Part shown: piece by piece, positions 62,626 through 64,000 of the stretch | Layout of the letters: each line of letters starts with the position of its first letter | Numbering within the stretch: the first letter of the stretch is position 1 | DNA from: an uncultured Christensenella sp. | GTDB lineage: Bacteria; Bacillota; Clostridia; Christensenellales; CAG-917 | Reading direction: 5' to 3' | Length of the DNA: 64,000 nucleotides | Assembly: GCA_910584155.1 (NCBI GenBank) | Contig: CAJTYG010000006.1 | Location: 67,844-131,843 of the forward strand | The notes under the pieces: model-generated | The model's database searches: none | What the model was told of the DNA's origin: nothing | What the model saw: the letters and a program-made list of their open reading frames with translations, nothing else | Translations under genes and position numbers: made by a program

Positions 62626-64000
62626 TTACTCCTTTGGAGTGATCGGCTTCGTTATGATCCTACCCACACGCTTGACGGCATGCTTAGCCATTTCGAGAGG
62701 CAGTTTTTCATACACCTTAGCGACGACGGTTTTGTCGTTTCTGACAAGCTTTATCGCATCGAACTTGCACTTTGTAGTACACTGTCCGCAGCCTACGCAC
62801 ATATATGTATCCACTTTCGCCGCACCGCAGCCCAAGCAACGGGACGTTTCAGCTTTCATTTGTTCCTCTGTAAATGTCGCTCTTGTATCCTTAAACGTAC
62901 CGTCGTTTTCTTTCAGATGCAGCGGACGCTGACGTTTTGTGTTGTCATAGCCCGTAAGCTCAAGATTGTCTTTGTTAAGCTCGACGTAGAATCTTCTGTC
63001 TCTGCCGTACTTTTGAGTTTGTCCCGGCCACACGGCTCTGTGCAGCGAGATAGCGCCTTCCTTTCCGCCTGCGATTGCATGGATAGCAAATTTCGGTCCC
63101 GTAACGCAATCGCCGCCTGCAACAATGTTGCTGTCTGCCGTCACAAAGAACTCGTCCACCTCAACCGTCTTGTTTTTGTTGAGCTTAACGTTTGTTCCGT
63201 CAAGCAAGGATCCCCATTCGATAGTCTGACCGATAGATACAAGGACAAAATCTGCGTCTACGGTAATCGTATCGTTCTCGTCGTATACAGGAGCAAATTT
63301 GCCCTCTGCATTGAAGACGGATACGCATTTTTTAAACTCTACGCCCTTGACTTTACCGTTTTCGGTAATAATACGCTTTGGTCCGTAGCCGTTGTTGATG
63401 ACTATCTTTTCATATTCCGCTTCTTCTATTTCCTCTTCCAAAGCAGGCATTTCTTTTCTTTGCTCGAGCGCATACATATTTACGGTCGCTGCTCCGCATC
63501 TTGTAGCAGTCCTTGCAACGTCGATAGCAACGTTTCCGCCGCCTACTACGATGACGTTTCCGCTTAGCTTATCGGCTTTGTCCAAAGCTACGTTTTTAAG
63601 GAAATCAACGCCCAAAATCACGCCGTCCGCATTTTCGCCTTCAACGCCGAGCTTTCTGCCGCCGCTTGCTCCGATAGCGAGATAGAAGCCGTCGTAACCT
63701 TCCTTTTTCAAGTCGTCTATGGTCTTATCCTTTCCTATCTCAACGCCTGTTTCAAATTTTACGCCGAGCTCACGGAGTATTGCGATTTCAGCGTCGACAA
63801 CGTCCTTTTCAAGTCTGAAAGCAGGAATACCCAGAGTGAGCATACCGCCGAGCTTGCTCTCTTTTTCAAAGACCGTGACGCTGTAGCCGTCCACTGCAAG
63901 ATAATATGCGCAGGACAATCCGGCAGGTCCCGAGCCGATGACGGCGATATTCTTCATAGAATAATCGTGTTTCTTTTTCGGGATAAATCTTTGGCTGTTG
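62626..64000 (-). CDS. GltD-like NAD(P)H/FAD oxidoreductase with a C-terminal 4Fe-4S ferredoxin module; the N-terminus probably lies beyond the right window edge
   Basis: VIGSGPAGLSCAYYL and VVGGGNVAIDVART Rossmann motifs. C-terminal CLGCG...CVGCGQCTTKC. The frame stays open upstream of the track start at 63957 to the window end (...NSQRFIPKKKHDYS-MKNIAV), as expected if an N-terminal Fe-S region precedes it. Confidence 0.7.
   Translation of the reverse strand, partial: NSQRFIPKKKHDYSMKNIAVIGSGPAGLSCAYYLAVDGYSVTVFEKESKLGGMLTLGIPAFRLEKDVVDAEIAILRELGVKFETGVEIGKDKTIDDLKKEGYDGFYLAIGASGGRKLGVEGENADGVILGVDFLKNVALDKADKLSGNVIVVGGGNVAIDVARTATRCGAATVNMYALEQRKEMPALEEEIEEAEYEKIVINNGYGPKRIITENGKVKGVEFKKCVSVFNAEGKFAPVYDENDTITVDADFVLVSIGQTIEWGSLLDGTNVKLNKNKTVEVDEFFVTADSNIVAGGDCVTGPKFAIHAIAGGKEGAISLHRAVWPGQTQKYGRDRRFYVELNKDNLELTGYDNTKRQRPLHLKENDGTFKDTRATFTEEQMKAETSRCLGCGAAKVDTYMCVGCGQCTTKCKFDAIKLVRNDKTVVAKVYEKLPLEMAKHAVKRVGRIITKPITPKE

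Overview
This window looks like a core-chromosome segment of a spore-forming Firmicute (Clostridia-like, moderate GC). About 60 genes are present and most are on the minus strand. I see no transposase, integrase, CRISPR array or recognisable defence system.

Gene content, in order:
- der with a DUF512 radical-SAM gene, then RNase J.
- An AraC regulator, a sugar O-acetyltransferase and a GH3 beta-glucosidase.
- A large Cys-repeat / transglutaminase-like lipoprotein.
- secG, then smpB-metY-metA.
- The classic yqfC-yqfD-phoH-pgpH-ybeY-era-yqzL-recO block, extended by a lipoprotein, tsaC and a low-molecular-weight phosphatase.
- dnaB, pepF, a DUF1846 gene and parE-parC.
- murG, degV, nifS-iscU, proA and yebC.
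- infC-rpmI-rplT behind an L20-type leader.
- tRNA-Ser and tRNA-Thr.
- A five-gene flavoprotein/kinase operon: a glycerol-3-phosphate (G3P) dehydrogenase-type complex, an FGGY kinase and an enzyme resembling alkyl-dihydroxyacetonephosphate synthase (AGPS).
- hypA behind a GltD-like oxidoreductase that runs off the right edge.

Most unusual observations:
- About 190 bp of helically phased T-tracts (an 11-bp minisatellite) fills the metY-metA spacer.
- A lipoprotein carries seven exact 38-aa His/Cys3 modules in front of a transglutaminase-like core.
- DnaB carries a 103-aa acidic tail.
- A 30-nt copy of the tRNA-Thr 3' end, plus an inverted anticodon-arm fragment, lies just downstream of the tRNA.
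- An ACAC-N5-GTGT palindrome recurs at two loci.
- The AGPS-like enzyme is embedded in the G3P-dehydrogenase operon.

All functional calls come from motif reading by eye. No database search was run.
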